A model generated the notes under the pieces. The model was not told where the DNA came from. It saw only the letters and a list, made by a program, of their open reading frames with translations, and did not search any database. From Nitrosomonas sp. (GTDB lineage: Bacteria > Pseudomonadota > Gammaproteobacteria > Burkholderiales > Nitrosomonadaceae): 32,000 nucleotides of DNA. A program made the position numbers and the translations under genes. How positions within the stretch are numbered: position 1 is the stretch's first letter; every line of letters starts with the position of its first letter. Below are positions 30,325-32,000 of the stretch, piece by piece. Location: contig JADJES010000003.1 of the NCBI GenBank assembly GCA_016708955.1, positions 192,720 to 224,719 on the forward strand, read 5' to 3'.

Positions 30325-31638
30325 TTAACTCATCAAACGATATTGCTGTAACTTATAACGCAACGTCCTTTCCGAGATTCCTAGCTTTTTAACGGCCAGT
30401 TTCCGGGAGCCATTAACGGCTGCCAGCGTTTCCAAAATATGGTTACGTTCGAGTGTCTTGATATCTTGTGAAGTCGAATCAGCGTTTATAGTATTTATTT
30501 CATGATCAAAATCAGTTTCTTCAGGCAAATTGATATGCTCAGCTTCGATAGTATTTGTAGACAGAATCATGGCGCGTTGCATTACATTCTCCAGTTCTCT
30601 GACATTGCCCGGCCAAGCGTGCTGAGTCAATTTTTCTATTGCAGCTTCGGTCATTCTGCGGAGTGATTGCCCTGTGCCGGCTACTGCTGCTTCCAGGACT
30701 CGCTGCGCCAGCGGCTCAATATCCAATCGCCGTTCACGAAGCGAAGGAATTTCGATTGGGAACACATTGAGCCGGTAATACAGATCTTCACGGAATTGAC
30801 CACTTTTAACCATGGCCATCATGTCACGGTTAGAAGTTGCCAGAACGCGGATATCGAGTTTGATGATCTTATGCCCGCCTACTCTTTCAACTTCTCTTTC
30901 TTGTAAAACACGTAACAATTTTGCTTGTAGCTCCAGAGGCATTTCTGAAATTTCATCGAGTAGTAATGTGCCGCCTTCAGCTTGTTCGAATTTTCCAGGC
31001 TGAGATTGGGCTGCGCCGGTAAAAGCGCCTTTCTCGTAACCAAATAAGGTTGCCTCCAGTAAATTTTCTGGAATAGCTGCACAATTGATGGCGACGAATG
31101 GTTTGGATGCGCGTAATGAATGCTGGTGAATAAAGCGCGCGATTACTTCTTTGCCACAACCGCTTTCACCCGTCAGCATGACTGTTGCCGGAGATTGCGC
31201 AACCCGCTTGGCGAGAGAGAGTAGTGCTCGCGTACGCGGATCTTTTGCAACAATTTTGTCTTCTTGCTCAAGCTCGGATAGTACGTAGCGTTTGATGTGT
31301 GCCAGCAAACTATCTGGGTCAAACGGTTTCAGCAGATAATCGCAGGCACCTGTCTGCATTGCGGCAACTGCTTTTTCGACATCTCCGTAAGCTGTCATCA
31401 GCAACACCGGCAATTCTGGATTGAACGCCTTGATTTTTTTTAACAAAGTGAATCCGTCCATGGGTCTCATCTGCACGTCGCTTACAACCATTCCCGCCTG
31501 AGATTCCTGTAGCGCAGCCATGGCGTCATTGCCATTGGATGCCGCTAATGTTTGATAACCCGCTAGTTTCATGGTGGCACAAATCGCCTCCAGTAAATCC
31601 TTGTCATCCTCTACAACCAAAATGGGTAGCGTATGCAT
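30325..31638 (-). CDS. fleR: Sigma-54-dependent two-component response regulator (FleR/FlrC-like, 437 aa)
   Basis: It has a receiver domain (ILVVEDDKDL...SDVQMRPMDG), an AAA+ sigma54-interaction domain (GESGCGKE, GAFTGA, ELQAKLLRVLQEREVERVGG) and a C-terminal Fis-type HTH. Its position between the kinase and fliE supports the call. Confidence 0.88.
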   Translation of the reverse strand: MHTLPILVVEDDKDLLEAICATMKLAGYQTLAASNGNDAMAALQESQAGMVVSDVQMRPMDGFTLLKKIKAFNPELPVLLMTAYGDVEKAVAAMQTGACDYLLKPFDPDSLLAHIKRYVLSELEQEDKIVAKDPRTRALLSLAKRVAQSPATVMLTGESGCGKEVIARFIHQHSLRASKPFVAINCAAIPENLLEATLFGYEKGAFTGAAQSQPGKFEQAEGGTLLLDEISEMPLELQAKLLRVLQEREVERVGGHKIIKLDIRVLATSNRDMMAMVKSGQFREDLYYRLNVFPIEIPSLRERRLDIEPLAQRVLEAAVAGTGQSLRRMTEAAIEKLTQHAWPGNVRELENVMQRAMILSTNTIEAEHINLPEETDFDHEINTINADSTSQDIKTLERNHILETLAAVNGSRKLAVKKLGISERTLRYKLQQYRLMS

Positions 31639-31642
31639 CGTA

Positions 31643-32000
31643 TTAATCTCCTTTGTTTCTTGGTAGCCGTATCACAAATTCAGTTCCTGTATCTTGCGAT
31701 GAATTAATCTGCACACTACCTCCCATGGACTGTATAACACCTCGAACAATGGCCAAACCTAAGCCGGTGCCTTCTGAGCGTGTTGTAAAAAAGGGCTCGA
31801 ATAATCTTTCTTGCAGTGCCGCATCAATGCCTGGTCCATCATCATGGACACTTAGAACAATATTTTCTTCTTCCAGGTTGCCTGTCAGAATAATTTGATC
31901 TCCCGGGGATGATGCTTGCATGGCATTCTCAAGAAGATTTATCATCGCTCCGCATAATGCTTGACGGTCAGTCATTAGACTTCCAGTTTCACTCAGATCA
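31643..32000 (-). CDS. fleS: Sensor histidine kinase, C-terminal HATPase_c part (FleS/FlrB-like; 5' end outside the window)
   Basis: The frame stays open to the window edge (...DLSETGSLMTDRQAL...). N-box LLENAMQA, G1 HDDGPGI and G2 GTGLGLAIV motifs are present. It ends 4 nt before the regulator gene. Confidence 0.8.
   Translation of the reverse strand, partial: DLSETGSLMTDRQALCGAMINLLENAMQASSPGDQIILTGNLEEENIVLSVHDDGPGIDAALQERLFEPFFTTRSEGTGLGLAIVRGVIQSMGGSVQINSSQDTGTEFVIRLPRNKGD

Overview
The window looks like chromosome from a betaproteobacterial ammonia oxidiser. This is inferred from AmoC/AmoA/AmoB protein similarity, which resembles the AT-rich Nitrosomonas oligotropha/ureae-type lineage. 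No database search was possible. Layout: (1) 1-10.2 kb holds housekeeping genes: pyk 3' end, class II fba, a frameshifted GIY-YIG/DUF4357 gene, yggX, argA, rsmE, a thioredoxin-fold protein, an IMPase-family protein, trkA-trkH and an orphan pilG-like receiver. (2) 10.2-15.2 kb holds a complete amoC-amoA-amoB-amoE(orf4)-amoD(orf5) ammonia monooxygenase cluster. It has a 493-bp purine-rich upstream region and a strong terminator after amoB. (3) 15.3-21.7 kb (minus strand) holds the conserved queA-tgt-yajC-secD-secF block plus dedA. (4) tRNA-Leu(CAA) lies at 21793-21879, followed by a visibly more AT-rich, gene-poor ~6 kb stretch (21.9-28.0 kb) that looks like a decayed tRNA-linked island. The island contains an integrase N-terminal stub, a membrane-anchored TPR-repeat protein, a small secreted protein, a possible 50-aa membrane peptide and an internally deleted ISL3-family element with perfect TIRs and an 8-bp target duplication. 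(5) 28-32 kb holds an ABC-F ATPase, fliE, a sigma54-dependent response regulator and the 3' end of its histidine kinase. The most unusual signal is three direct copies of a ~215-330 bp non-coding module in the island. Each copy has a head-to-head pair of DnaA-box-consensus 9-mers (TTATCCACA-N5-TGTGGATAA; perfect in copies A and B, left arm degenerate in C), a third box 3 bp later, a conserved sigma70-like promoter exactly 83 bp downstream, and a fourth box ~180 bp downstream. No CRISPR array, rRNA or recognisable defence-system gene set was seen.
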